From positions 1,240,001 to 1,304,000 of the forward strand of contig OZ218956.1 of the NCBI GenBank assembly GCA_965112735.1: a DNA stretch of 64,000 nucleotides, read 5' to 3'. This DNA comes from Phaeosaccion multiseriatum. Taxonomy: Eukaryota; Protista; Ochrophyta, other classes. This document shows, one piece after another, positions 26,571 to 40,269 of this stretch (its first letter is position 1; every line of letters starts with the position of its first letter). Made by a program: the position numbers and the translations under genes. The notes under the pieces are model-generated. The model had not been told where the DNA came from. It did not search any database and was given only the letters and a program-made list of their open reading frames with translations.

Positions 26571-28142
26571 GAGGGTGGGTAGGGTGGTTGGTGGTTGACC
26601 CGCCTCAGTCCAGTCCACCCCGCCATCAGTGATATCACGGTATGATTGATCGAGTAACGTTCAACTCGACAACCCCCGCTTCTATTTGAACGAGCAAAGT
26701 TCAACTAGACAACCCCCCTTTCTAATGGAGCGAGTAAAGTTCAAGTAGACGCCCCGCCCCCCCCCCTGTCCGCCCCGCCCCGCCTGTGGCTCACCTGCGA
26801 CTCCATAAGGGCGGGCTCATCTCCGAAATTGTCCGGCAGAGCTTCGAAGTCGCTAAAGTAGTTGAGCAGCTGCCGAGCTTCCGCCGCTCGCACCCGCTGT
26901 GCCTCCATCTTCTGCAGCCTGTACACACACACAGAGAGAGAGATACACACACAAAGAGGGTGAGAGGGAGAGAGAGAGAGGGGGGGGGCGTTATACGTTA
27001 CGGTGCACACGGGACAACAGCACAGAAGGAAAAGAACAGAGAAGGAGCAGATGGGCACAAGCACGCTCAGCGGTCAGAATGAAGGAGCTAGAGGATAACG
27101 TTGGGGAGCCGGTCCCTGTCGCTCTCTTGTCCCCCTCACCCCAGGTGGTACCCATCGACCCTCCCACCCACCCAACACACATATACACACCTATCACCAA
27201 TGCGTACGGCATTCTCCGCCACCTCTCTGAAGCGATTGTCGACGCTCTGCAGCTCCGTGGTGGTGTCGTAGAGGCGGGTGGAGTGTGCGCTAATTCCCTC
27301 CAAGTAGTCATTCTCTAGGCTAGACACTTGACTGCTCAGGGATGACGTCTCGTCCTCCACCTACCACGGATGTGTGGAGGGTGGTGGGGGGGGGGAAGGA
27401 GGGAGGGAGGGAGGCAGGGTGAAGGGTAGGGTGGGGATCAGTGGGGAGCAGGAGCGGCAGTCAGACGATGACACCAGACGAAGGCACCAGACGGACGGGC
27501 ACATGGAAGCATCATCATAGCCTAGGCCGCAAGAGCATATTAACCCCGGCGGACACTACTGGACAGACAGACTGACTGACTGATATAAGGACAGACAATG
27601 CTTTGCGTGTGCTACCATGGGATCTTTGGCCTGCCAGTGGCGGCACTCACTCATCACTCAGCCACCCACTCCCTCCCTCCCTCCCTCCCTCCCTCCCTCC
27701 CTCCCTTCCTTCATTCCTTCCTCACCTCGACCTTCATCCTCCGTAGCATGCTGTGGGTGGTGGTGAAGAGCTTCTTGAGAGCGTGAGGGTCCAGCGCCAC
27801 AACGTCCCCATCGAGATTGTCTGCGATGTAGGGCTGAGTCAGCACCTGCACGAGCTTGGCCTGATCGAACTCCTCCGGGGTGCTCTCGTTGATCAGCCCG
27901 TGGAACTCCCCCTGCTCTCGCACCTTGCGCTCCACCTCAGGGTCCACACCCTCCTCGTCCTGCTCTGTGTCGCTGGTCTCATCCTCGCCCTCCACAATGG
28001 CGAGCTCGCCGATGTTGCCCAACCTCCCCCCCGTCCTCATGGAGGAGCCTCCCGCTCGTCTGCTACTTGATGCGCTGCTGCTGCTGCCCGAGTTGCTGCC
28101 TCCTTTCCATGACCGATTCCTCGACCTCCCCGGGCTGCTCAT
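20017..28142 (-). CDS. SEC10: Exocyst complex component Sec10/EXOC5
   Basis: Multi-exon. N-terminal coiled coil (LQSVDNRFREVAENAVRIGDRLQKMEAQRVRAAEARQLLNYF), CQEEFALIQTVFP, and C-terminal GAFVLTNDV..LRELTNLFLVPPENL..YCRMRSDY match the Sec10 pattern. Confidence 0.85.
20525..20908. repeat. (GTGTG) pentamer microsatellite in a Sec10 intron
   Basis: Long GGTGT/GGCGT array. Confidence 0.9.
26651..26755. repeat. 40-bp complex tandem repeat (~2.6 copies) in a Sec10 intron
   Basis: CGAGTAACGTTCAACTCGACAACCCCC..-like units start at 26651, 26691 and 26731. Confidence 0.8.
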
Positions 28143-28733
28143 CGTGAGTAAGTAGGAGGGTCGGGGGCGCTCCTGATTCTTTGCCCTGCTCTGCCCTTGC
28201 CCTTGCCCTTTCTCTCTCTCCGTCTCACTCTCTCACGAAATCATCTGCGCCCTCCGCTGGCCCGCTCCTTCTCTCCCGGCCTTTACCTTTCTGGTTTCCT
28301 CTACCCCCGCAGCAGGTAACCCATGAGTTCAGGCAGGTGGGGAGGTGAAAGAGAGTAATAATGATCGGGGGGGAAGGGGAGGAACAAGCAAGGCCGTGGA
28401 TTGCCATCTGCCTGATCCTTGTCAGGCCGCCAAGGCGGCCTCAATTCCGCCTTGTCCACCTCTTTGTCCAGTGCTCTCCACCACTCCCGAGGTACATGAT
28501 CTGTGTCTCTTCCTCCTTTAGTATGGAGTAGAGCGGGAGAGTGCACTGAACCTTTGTGGGGGAAGTGCGGGGAGAAAGCAGCCCCAAAGCGATTTGAAGG
28601 CGAATCTACGACCCAGGGAGAAGGAAAGGACGGGTTGGACGCGCTGCAGCAGTAGCCGGGGACGAGGACGACGAAGACGACGAGGAGGAGGAGGAGGAGG
28701 ACTTGGGCGTGGAGAGAACAAGACTTCGCAAAA

Positions 28734-30295
28734 ATGTCCATGATAATCACTCTGGAGGGGAAGATCTCGATTCCCGGAATTACCAAGGAAGTGGAAGGGG
28801 GGGCGGCGGGTGCTGCGGAGAGTGCGGCTGACGGGACTGGAGCCGCTTCACAGACGAGTCCAGGTGCTGCGGAAGTGGTAAAAGGAGACGAAGCGGGGGG
28901 GACTGTGGCTGGGGAAGCAGCACCGCCAGCCGTCACCCCTCGGTCTCGGTCGAGGAGTAGACCGAGAACGCCCTTCCCGCCGCCCAATCCGCTCGCTGTG
29001 TCATGGAGCGGGGCTTGGCAATTCAAGAAGGACAAGGCGCCCAAGAACGCGTTCTACTACGAGTTTTGTGGGCCCACGGTGGGAGATGGTAGCGGCACTA
29101 GTGGCGCGGGAGCTCCTAGTCGTGAGGATCGTGGAGTTAGGCTCGATGAGCAGGGTCATGTGCAAGCCTCCCCTCCCCCACCGTCAGTCGTGGCCTCATC
29201 GTCGACGTCGCCTGCAGCGCCTTCTCCATCGGGAGGAACGGCAATAGCGGCAGCTGGTGATGGCGATGGTCCACCGCCGGACGCAGCAATAGCACGAGAT
29301 GCACCGCTTGTGGAAAGGAGGCTCTCGGAGGGAGACCTTGCATCATCCGCAGTAGCAGCACGAGAAGCAGCAGCAGGAGCAGCTGCAGCCCGGCAGGAGA
29401 ATGGCAGCCAATGGCATTCGGGCGGCGGGGGAGAACAAGCAATGGACGCTACCACTACCACAGCCGCCCTGGCTGACGGGAAGAGTACTGGAAACGACGA
29501 GGGCGAGGCGGATGGAAGCAGCACCAACAGTAGCACTGCCCGCCTCAAACCCCCTAACCTAACCATTGATATGAGCCTCGTCCAGCCCTGCCCAGTGAGC
29601 ATGGAGGGATCCTCTGCCTTGGCTTCTGCAGCTTCTGGGCATGGTCTGCCATCGTCCATGGCCTCCGCCGGAGGAGGAGGAGGAGGAGGAGGAGGAGGAG
29701 GAGGAGAAACCCCGGTTGGCTTTGCTCCTCAGTCTACGCCGCGCTCGGTGGGCGGCTTTATGCTTCCTTCCACATCCTCTCTCTCCTCCCCCGCTCTCTT
29801 CCCCTCCTCCTTCCCCTCGTCATCCTCCTCCTCGGCATACGGTCACCAGCAGCAGCACCCCCAGCACGATCAGGAGCAGCAGCAGGAGCAGCAGGAGCAG
29901 GGGCAGGAGCAGGTGCACCAGCCGCTGCAGAGCGTTGTGGTTGGGGTGGTGGGGGAGGACGGAGTGACAAACAATCGCACGGTCGACCCTACGCTGTACG
30001 GCAAGGGGAAGCGCCTGCCTTCTGGCCTGTGGAGGGGCTGGTTCACGAACCGCCAAAAGGGAAATGACGAGCATGTGGCAGAGACCTTCAACTTGGTCCT
30101 GGGTGCAGGAGTGACTGAATGGCCCAATGTGGATGTCGGTGTCGATGTCGCGACGAGGAGTGCTGATGCTGCTCCACTGGGGGGCAGTACTGGCGACGCG
30201 ACGGCGGGAACAGCAGCAGCTGGTGAACCGGCAGTCGGTGATACGGCAGCAGCAGCAGCAGCGCCAGAATCGGCAGCAACCTCATCAGATCCGGT

Positions 30296-30346
<51 letters not shown>

Positions 30347-30614
30347 TAGTGATGCAGCAACAGGAGGGTCTAATCTCCTACCGGTGTCTGGGGAGGGTAG
30401 CAACAGGTTCGGCAAATTCACCCTCACAGGCACACTCAACACGCACTCTCACGTCGTGTGTGTGACTCGCACCTACTTCCAAGTGAGCGGCGTGGGACGC
30501 AGCAGGGGGGGGTCAGGCAGCGGCGGCTCTCACAAGAAGAAGCGTTCCACACCGACAGACCTCAGTGCAAGTGAGTGGGCCTGGGGAAAGGGCTCAAGAG
30601 GCCAGGCAGGCTGT

Positions 30615-30666
<52 letters not shown>

Positions 30667-33600
30667 GGGGGAGGGGGGTAGGTGGAGTGCCCAATCCCCT
30701 GCCCACTTGCTATCCATTCCTCGACCCCATCCCCTGCCCACTCCCTACACCCCCCCCTACCCACTTGCTACCCACCCCCCTACTCACTCACTTGTCCTTC
30801 CTACCCACCCACTGCAGTCAACGGCCCAGGTGGCCGGCCCCAGTCACTGGCAGAGGGGCGGTCCAAGCGGCAGCGAATCGCCACATTGGCGGTCAATGAA
30901 GACATGTACTTCACCACAGGTAGGTACAGTGCCGTCCAGTGTGGAGGAGGGGGCGGTGAGGAAGGATGGGAGGCATAACGAGAGAGAGAGAGACAGAGGT
31001 GGCGAAGAAGAGTGAGAGGGGTGAACGAAGAGAAGGGGAAAGAGATGGAGAAGGAGAGTGAGAGGGGTGAACAAAGAGAAGGAGGGAGAGGATAAGAGAG
31101 AGTAGGTTATGGTCCCCAGGAAGAACATGTAGGGCCGTATCAAGAAGTGACACAAAGCCACAACCCCCCTCTCCTCTCTGAGATGTGACGGCTCTACATC
31201 TACCCTGTGCCTCTGTGCTTCTTCTCTGACTTGAACGTGACTTGACATTTCTCTTGTCCCCTCTTTTGGTGTGTGGCTCTCGTCGCAGGGGTGCCGAAAG
31301 GCGTCATGGGAGGGCAACAGCCTCACCCGCAGTCTGTGCACTACCTCACTAGCCAGGCAACCTCTGCCGGAGGAGGAGCAGGTGGTGGTACGGGCGGCGG
31401 ACTCACATATGGCGCAGGGGGAGGGGGGCTGGGAACTCCAGGGAGAGGGCAGACCGGCGGGGGCTCAGGCAATGTGAGAGGAGAGGAGGAGGGGAGTGGG
31501 GGGTGGATGGGCAGGTGGGTGCGTGCGTGCGTGCGTGTGGGCGTGTGTGCGTGCGTGTGTGTGTATTTATGCGTGCGTGTGCGCGGTGTGTGTTGTTGGG
31601 GATGCGACTAATGACAAAGCATGGCGCCTCCCTCCCTCCCTCCCTCCCTCCCTCTCTCTCTCTCTCTCGTGTGTGTCGCAACTCTTTGTCTCGGGTATTG
31701 TGTTGCTGCATCATTCTGAACCGGTCCAAACGCTCCTCTGCCGTGGGAGCAGAAGAGGAAGCACGGGGGGGACAAGAACAGCGCCAAGAGAGACAAAGAC
31801 AGAAAGAGGGTGAGTGAGTGAGTGAGTGAGTGAGTGAGTGAGGGAGTGAGTGATTGAGGCGAGAGGGGAAGGAGGTAGGTAGGGAGGGAGAGAGCCGTGC
31901 ACTTGTGCCGACGCTAAGGGGGTGGTGATTGCCGGACAGCAATGCGTGTGTATAGCTCGTCACTCTTGCTTTGCCGCTCCCCGAAGCTTTGCTCTTCTCT
32001 GACGCGAGCTTTATGCTACACTTCTATCCGAGTATTAACCCTCCACCCCCTCCTCCTTTCCCTCTCCCCCCCCCCCCCCTCCTCCTCCTCCTCCTCCTCC
32101 TCCTCCTCCTCCTCCTCCTCCTCCTCCTCTCCCCCCAAACGTCCTCTTACTCAACTCCAGGGGGGCTCGTCTACTCCCTCCTCCAACTCCCTCGCCGCCC
32201 AGTCGTTCCCCTACTCGCACTCCTACTCCCACCACCATCATCACCATCACCATCACCACCACCACCACCACTCACCCCACCATCACCACAAGCACTCGCC
32301 TCACTTTAAGCAAGAGTACTTGTCCCAAAGGGGCCCAGGAGAGATTCTCGCGGCCTCAGAGCTCCGGACTCTGCTTGGTGCGGGCGGAGAGGGCGACCAG
32401 GACGAGGTGGGGTCGGGGGGAGGGGGGGGGGGAGGGGGGAGAGACCTGCTCCCGCTCTCTGGGCCTGGGCTGGAGAGAGAGAGAGGGAGAGAGACAGGGA
32501 GAAAGAGAGGGAGAAACAGAGATCGAAGGGCTGATCAATCCTTGTTGCCTTGTTGCGTTGTGCCTCGTGTCTCGTGCACTACATCCATGTGTCGGTATGA
32601 GTGAGCAGGTCTTGAAGGACGCCATCGACCACCTGGAGCTAGAAGGAGGGTCCCTTGTCGCGGAGCATCAGCAGCAGTTGGTGATACACCAGAATGGATG
32701 GACATCACCAGGAATAGCTTCTCCATCGCCCGGAGGAGGAGCCAGAGAAGGAGGAGGGGGAGGGGGAGGAGCAGGAGGGCAGATGCTGCAGGGAATGGAT
32801 GGAGCTGGGGTGGTGTGGACAGGGGGGGGTGGTGCTCAGACGCCGACGACAGGGGGCAGCAAGAAGAAGAAGAAGCAGAGCCGAGAGGTGTATTGGAAGG
32901 TGAGTGTGCGGCGGGTGAGGTGGTGAGGCGGGCCCTGCGCTTGGGGCGGGGGAGGGAAGCACAAACGAGCAGGAGGGAAGGTCGCACAGGCAAGCAAACA
33001 GGCAGGCAGGCAGGCAGGCAGGCATGGAGGTAGGATTCCTCGCAGCTATCCCTCTGAACGCCCCCGCCTCTCCCTTTCTCCTCCCCCCTCCTCCTCCACC
33101 TTCTCCTCCTCCTCCCCTCCTTCCCCCTCCTCCTCCTCCTCCTCCTCCTCCTCCTCCTCCTCCTCCTCCTCCTCCTCCTCTCCTCCTCCTCCTCCTCCTC
33201 TCCCTTTCTCTCCAGAGTGCTTTCTTCGATGAGGAGCTGGGTGAGGTGTACGAAGGAGGATGGCTTGGTGGGTATCGAAGCGGTCTCGGTGTGTGCGTGT
33301 ACTCACCCACGAACAACATCTACGAAGGCATGTGGCGCAAGGGCAAGGAGCACGGCAAGGGGGTGCTGCGACTGCCAGATCGACGTGTGATTTATGATGG
33401 GGAGTGGTGGAATGGAAAGATGTGCGGCAAGGGGACATTCCACCATGCTACTGGGGACGTGTATGAGGGGGAGTGGAAGGACGGGTTCAGACAGGGCAAG
33501 GGCGTGTACATCAGAGCGAACGGAGCGAGGTGGGTGGGTGGGTGGGTGGATGGGTGGGTGGGCGAGTAGGTGTGTGGAGCATATGTGTGTGTGGATGTGT

Positions 33601-35362
33601 GTGTGTGTGTGCCTCGGATTCTCGAGCCGTAGGATTGCTCCTTCCTTCCTTCCTGCCTGCCTCCCTCTCTTCCTCCCTTCCTCCTTTCCCTCCTTGGGTC
33701 CTTCCTTCATCACTGCGCCTCCCCCGGCCCCCTCCCCCTCCCCCCCACCCTCCAGCCCCATTCGTGTCCCTCTCCCCCTGCTGACCTCCGTTCTCTTGTC
33801 TCCGATCTGCTCTGACATCCACCTGTCCTCTCCCCCCCGTCTATCTGTAAGGTATGAGGGCAATTGGGAGGAGAATAACCGCAGTGGCCGGGGGGTCTTC
33901 ACGTGGGCCGACGGCTCCACGTACGACGGAGATTGGGTGGACAATGTGCGGCATGGAAGGTGTGTGTGTTTGTGTCGTGTGTGTGTGGGGGGGGGGGGAG
34001 GGGCGAGTGCGTGTGTGTACGTGTGGCTGTGTGGCTGTGTGTGTATGTGTGTGTGCGTGTGTGTGGCCGTTTTTTAGTGTTTGCACTGAGCTATCTCTGG
34101 TGAGAGCCTGAGGTCATTCTATACTGCTCTTCTCACCAGGCAGTGCATAGACCTCAGCAATTGGTAGTACAGTCAGCATATACGAATATGTAGCATACAC
34201 CTCAAACAAACGTCAAATTCACCAACAAATCGATCCTCCTCCATCTCCCTAATTATGTGCATTTCTCATCATACAGGGGCACTTTGAAGCACGCCGACGG
34301 TTTCGAGTACGAGGGACAATGGGCCTGTGACATGATTGAGGGGAGGGGCGTGTGTGTGTACACAGACAAGCAGAGATATGAGGGAATGTTCCGGGCCAAT
34401 CGCAAGGTGAGTGAGTGAGGGAGTGAGTGAGTGAGTGAGTGAGTGAGTGAGTGTGTGTGTGAGTGAGGGAGTGTGTGTGAGTGTGTGAGTGAGTGAGTGA
34501 GTGAGTGAGGGAGGGAGGGAGGGAGTGAGTTCGTGAGTGAGTGAGTGAGTGAGTGAGTGAGTGAGTGAGTGGTGTGGGTGGAGGAGAGTGCAGATGGAGG
34601 GGAGGGGAGGGGAAGCGGAGCGGGGAGGGCGGCGTCCTTGTTCAGAGGGTGTACCGCTTTTCCACGCACACCTCTCTCTCTCTCTCTCTCTCTCTGCTGT
34701 GGAGGAGAGCAGATGCAAGCCACGACTCGAGAGGGGCCAAGAGCCAAGAAGGGCAAGGAGCGGAGGGTCGCAAGAGGGGCGCCGGGCCTCTACGGCTGCT
34801 TTCCCTTTTTGTGGCAACTCCTTTTTCCTCGTACCCACCCCGCCAGTCTGCTCCTCCTCTCTTCCTTTTGTTCCTTCCTTTCCTTCCTTCCCTCCCCTCT
34901 CAGGAAGGGCGAGGTACGCTCGTGTACCCCAACGGCGCTTACTATGAGGGGCGCTTCAGAGACGATAACATCGACGGCCAAGGCATGCTCCGCATACCCC
35001 ACCCCGTGCCTGTTACGCGGAGGAGAGGGGTAAAGGAGGCAACCAAGGAGGAACAGGACGGCGGGGCGAACTCTGAAGTAGAATCAGCAGCACCACCACC
35101 AGCAGCAGCAGGAGCAGCAGGGGAAGAGGGGGCAGTGGCAGTAGCAGCAGCAGCAGCAGAGGGGACAGCAACGGCAGGAGTAGGAGCAGCAGCAGCAGCA
35201 GCATCGCCTTCATCACCATCGTCCTCTTGGTCGGTTGTGGGTTGGGGTGGCGCGTCCAAGGACGAGGATAGGGAGATAATCGAGTGGATAATCCCCATAC
35301 AGTTTCAGAGCGATATGGAGCGCATTCACGCCAAGGCCGGCTTCGACAAGAAGGGCCACTGA
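28734..35362 (+). CDS. Large low-complexity protein with C-terminal MORN repeats
   Basis: Exons ~33215-33529, 33852-33959, 34277-34406 and 34903-35362 encode repeated YEGxW..G.RxGxG MORN motifs. Upstream exons from ATG 28734 splice in frame and include a poly-His exon near 32161-32406. Confidence 0.8.
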
Positions 35363-36095
35363 GGAAGAGGCACACATCAAAGACCGGCTTCGACAAGGCC
35401 CACTGAGGGAAGAGGCAGGCACACGTGAGATGACATCAGAGAGGTGCTCTGAGGACGTCGCCACTCAGTTGGGCACACTTGGGGGCGACTTGTTGTTGTC
35501 GTATCATCACATTATTGAGCTGTATTACTACTACATCAACAATGCCGCTTCGCAGACGAAAGTGTTTCAAAAATTATCGCGTGACGTAATTCAACATTCA
35601 TCCCGCTTTGCCTACTGTATTATTCAATTATATTTATATACTGTACACTATGCTGTCTCGGATTCCAACATCCAACACAACAGCATATTTTCCCTCATTA
35701 CGCCATTCACTCCTCCGTTCCCACGTCGCCCGCTCCTCTAAAACACCCCTCAAGTCCTCCTCGGCAGATCGATCACTTGAGACTCCGCCACGCATCAGTC
35801 ACTCTCCTGGGCTCCGTCTCGCTCCACTCGCTCCTGCGATCGATCAGCCGAGCGTTGTGTGGTCACCCCACGCCAATCACCATTCACTCCTCGGCTCCGT
35901 CTCCCGCCACCGCCCCACCCATGTGTAGCTATCGTACGTTTTCTTTTTTGGGGGCCTTGTGCTGTATGTGTAGCTCACGCGCCGGCGACTTGTCATCCCT
36001 CTTCTTCCTCATCCGAGTCGGAACATGTCTTCGGGAGTGTCCCTCTTCCCATCCTCCTCTCCGTCAGAGACTATTACCCAGGTGGCGGCGGCGGC

Positions 36096-36134
<39 letters not shown>

Positions 36135-36213
36135 CTCCCTTCCTCCTACATCGCTTGCCTACCTCCTCCTCCTCTTCCTCCTTCTCCTCCTCCTCCTCCT
36201 CCTCCTCCTCCTC

Positions 36214-36248
<35 letters not shown>

Positions 36249-36277
36249 ACTGCTTTACTATCTCCTCCTCGTCCTAG

Positions 36278-37673
36278 TCATCCTTCTCCTGCGGCTGCTG
36301 CTGTTGCTGATGTTGCTGCTCCCACTGCTGCCGAAACTTCGCCCAACTTTGGCTCCTCTGCTCCTTGAGCCTTCGCACCCCCGGACTCCTCCTCATACTC
36401 CTCCTCCTCCTCCTCCTCCTCCTCCTCCTCGTCTCCCACCTCTGATTCTTCCCCGGACAGAATGTGAAGCGTCTTCTGAGGGCTCTCGAACAGAACTCCA
36501 AGTGCAGACAAGCGCCGTCTTCTGACCGTAAACGGCACCAGCGTTGACGACCGTCTCAGTTTGCCCCTATACCCAGTCCCGTCGTCATCATCCTCATCCA
36601 TCGGGGCAGCTTTGACTCGAACTGTTCGAACAATGTCCCGTTTAAGTTCGTGAAGTTTTCTGTTGCCGTGAACTTTCAGGTAGATGAAGAGTATGAAGCA
36701 GACGTTTAATGCCGTGAGTGCCATGAAGGGCGCCCGAATGGGTAGCACTGCCGGGTACTCGTCCGTGTACTCTTTCACAAAGCTCCCGTCTCCGATGAGC
36801 AAAAAGATTTCCACGGCCAGTCCCACGACCAAGGCATTCTTTGTCACATCCATCTGGACGAACGGGACGGGGAAGGGGAGACGGGATTGGACGTGGGGAG
36901 TGCAGAAGGGGAGGGAGGGAGGGAAGGAGGGGTGGGCCGGGGGGAGGGGAAGGGGGGTATGGGGAAGGAAAAGAGGGGGAGGGGAGGAGAAGACAGAAAG
37001 AAAGAGAGAGAGACATGAGGTGCTATGGGGCACTATGTCATATCCTACAAGAGAGAAAGAGAAGAACGAGGGCGTGCGCTTCGAGTAACTGGGGAAAAGG
37101 GCGGTCAGGGGGCAGATCCTTACCTCCGATTTCTGTATGCCGATTAGAGTCTGGTAGGCCAAGAGGGCGGAGAGTAGCGTCAGACTGAAGAAGTCGAGCC
37201 TGCGAGGTAGGGGGCCGGGGTGGGTTGTGCAGAGGAAGAAACTGGATTGAAGCAACAACCAAAAAAAAAAATGACCACCACCACCACACACACCACCACC
37301 ACCACCACCACCACCATCACCACCACCACCACCACCACCACAACAACAACAATATCAACAGCAACAACACCCACAACAAGAATGGCAGCATCAAAAGCAA
37401 CAGCAACAGCGCTGTGCGAACCACTCACCGGAAGGGGATGTAGGGCATTGCCTCGACCAATATGAGGATCTCAACAAGGATTTCTACTATGAACATGAGG
37501 AGTGCATTCCAAGAGAGTGCAAGCGTCACACAGAGGACGGGCACGGTCAGCCGCTCCTTCAGTTGAGCGTCTTCCTCGTTTACAATCCCAGTCTTCTCCA
37601 CAATTCTCCTCTGCACCTTGGCCAGCGACTCCTGCACAGGCGGAGGAGCGTTCAAGGTGAGCTGTCGATTCAT
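36278..37673 (-). CDS. Uncharacterised multi-pass membrane protein
   Basis: Three in-frame exons (37673-37429, 37199-37124, 36853-36278) with about 4 hydrophobic segments and an acidic C-terminal tail. Confidence 0.65.
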
Positions 37674-37876
37674 TTTTTCTCTCTGGGGATCTTCCCAACG
37701 TTCACAATCTCTCGCTGCTGAAGCAGACCATCCCTGGCCCCTACAAGGCCTTAAGGGAAGGGTATAATGAATATGGAAAGGAGGAAGTGGCGGGGCGGTC
37801 GTTTTTTTATAGGAAAAAATCGTTACAGAAAATCGGCGAAGCACCAACACACACATCACAATGTTCAACACACAGA

Positions 37877-37895
37877 TCATGTTGGGTTTCGGGGA

Positions 37896-37929
<34 letters not shown>

Positions 37930-37937
37930 GCTGCTGC

Positions 37938-38010
<73 letters not shown>

Positions 38011-38615
38011 GCTGCTGCTGCTGCACATCCACACGCCCCCTCCTGGGGCCTGTGCCATCGGGCTGAGGTGCGGAGGAGGAGGAGCTGTGGCTGTGGCTCC
38101 CGCTGTGGCTGCCGTTGCGCATGCCGCCGCCGCCGATGCTCGCATTAGAGCGCGACGCACCCCTGCTGCTGCGGCTATCGCTGTTTCTAGTGCTGCTACC
38201 GCTCACGCCGCTCGTCCCTCTTCCCGCTAGCATGGCGGCGTGCTGCTGCTCTTCCTGCTGCTGGGCAGCCTTGCTGCGTGCATTCGCCTTGACGGCAAAG
38301 TACCATTGCTCGTACCTAAAGAGAAGACAGGACAGCACAGGTGTTAGGGAAGAGGAGGGAATCGGAGGATAAGTCGAAGTGGTTGCCACGTGAGCGAGGT
38401 CAGTCCGCTTAGTCTCGGCTTGAACGCTTTCTCCCAATCAAACGAGAAGGGGGGGGGGGTTGTGGCTGAGAGGAGAGGGCCGCAAAAAGCCAGTGAAAGA
38501 GAGTGAAAGAGAGCGAAAGAGAGAGTTGGGGGGGTAGGGAGAAGCAAAGCGAGAAGCAGCGAGACACCCATCCACAAACGAGACCCCGCCGATGCTCACC
38601 TCCCCCACCTCATGG

Positions 38616-38659
<44 letters not shown>

Positions 38660-40226
38660 ACACGCGCGCGCCCGCGCCCACCCAACCCGCTCCCCCACTC
38701 ACCTCTTCAACACCTTGTCCTTCTTCGAACCGGCCTCCACCTCCCGAGAGAGCCGCCCCCTCAGACTCAGCAGCTGTCTCTCCAGCTCCTCCACCCGAGT
38801 GGAAGAGGAGGCAGAGGAGGCAGGGGAAGGAGGAGGAGGGGGCGGATCCTGCCAAGCTATGGTAGGGTGCTTGAGGCTGAACCTGTCCAGAGCCCCCTTC
38901 AGGTCGGCAAACCTCCGCTTGTACTCCTTCTTGAAGTGCTCACACTGCTCGGGAGGAGGAGGAGGAGGAGGAAGTTAGGGTTGCAGGCAGCCTCAATCAC
39001 CCTCCCTACAGTCCTAAGCACTCCCTTTCAGTCCCCCCTCCCCTAAGCCTTCCCCGAGCTTCACCTGCTCTCTCATCCTCTCTGCCTCGTGCTGTCTCTG
39101 TCGTGCGACCTCCCCCTCCTTGAGAAGCTGAGCGTTCTCGTCCCCAAGCGTTTTCATGGCCTGCAACAACCGCAACACCTCCGACTCCTGCTGCCTTTGC
39201 AACTGCTTCTGCTGCTGGTGCTGTTGTTGATGTTGTTGTTGCTGTTGTTGTTGTCGCTGTTGCAGATATTGTTGCTGCTGCTGCTGTTGCTGCTGCTGCC
39301 TCTCCCCCCCTTCTCCCTCCCCCTTCCAGCCCCCTCCCGACCCCCCCACAAGTGATGCTGGTTGAGGGTTTGAAGGCACCGCAAGAACAGCTCCTGCCCC
39401 CCCCGTGCCTCTCCCTCCCACCCCTGAGCTGTTGCGTGCACCACCACCACCACCACCACCAGCAGCAGCAGCAGCAGCAGTCGCAGAGGAGGCTCTTGGC
39501 GGCTTACTCCTCGCGAGAGTCGAGGAAGCCAGTCCTGACACACCGCCCCCGCTCCCCACGAAGCTCGCCCCCATGGTGCCGTGCCCGCCCCCCCCACCCC
39601 CGCTTCCTCCTCCTCCTCCTCCTCCTCCTCCTCCTCCTCCTCCTCCTCCTCCTCCTCCTCCTCCTCCACCACCCCCCCCCCCCGCCTTGACCGCAGGGCC
39701 CAGCAGGCAAAAGCTCTCCCCAAGGGTGGAGGAGAGGAAGCGGCCTGAGCGCGGCGCGTGGAGGGCCGAGCTGGACGCGTGGCTCCGTCCTCCTCCTCCT
39801 CCTCCTCCTCCTCCTCCTCCTCCTCCTCCTCCTCCTCCTCCTCCTCCTCCACCACCACCACCACCACCACCACCTCCTCCTCCTCCTCCTCCTCCTCCTC
39901 CTCCTCCTCCTCCTCCGCCCCCCCCCCCACTGCCGAGGCCGATGCGCGACAGCAGCTCCTCCAGCTCGAGCATATCCCGAATCGCCGGTCTGCACAGACA
40001 TGATTAATCATCAGAGGCGCGGGTGAGGGTGAGGGTGGGTGTGAGTGTGAGGGCGAGGGCGAGGGTGAGGGTGAGGGTGAGGATGAGGATGAGGGTGAGG
40101 GTGAGGGCGAGGGTGAGGGTGAGGGTGAGGGTTAGGGTTAGGGTGAGGGTGCGGGCGAGGGTGAGGGTGAGGGTGAGCGTGAGGGTGAGGGTGAGGTTGA
40201 GGGTGAGGGTGCGGGCGAGGGTGGGG

Positions 40227-40269
<43 letters not shown>

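Noticed and set aside
23159-27200. ATCACCAA matches at ~23161 and ~27193 as copies of the TTGGTGATA unit
   Set aside because: They lack CAG flanks and fall in ordinary Sec10 codons (KLVIR, RIGDR), so they were not counted.
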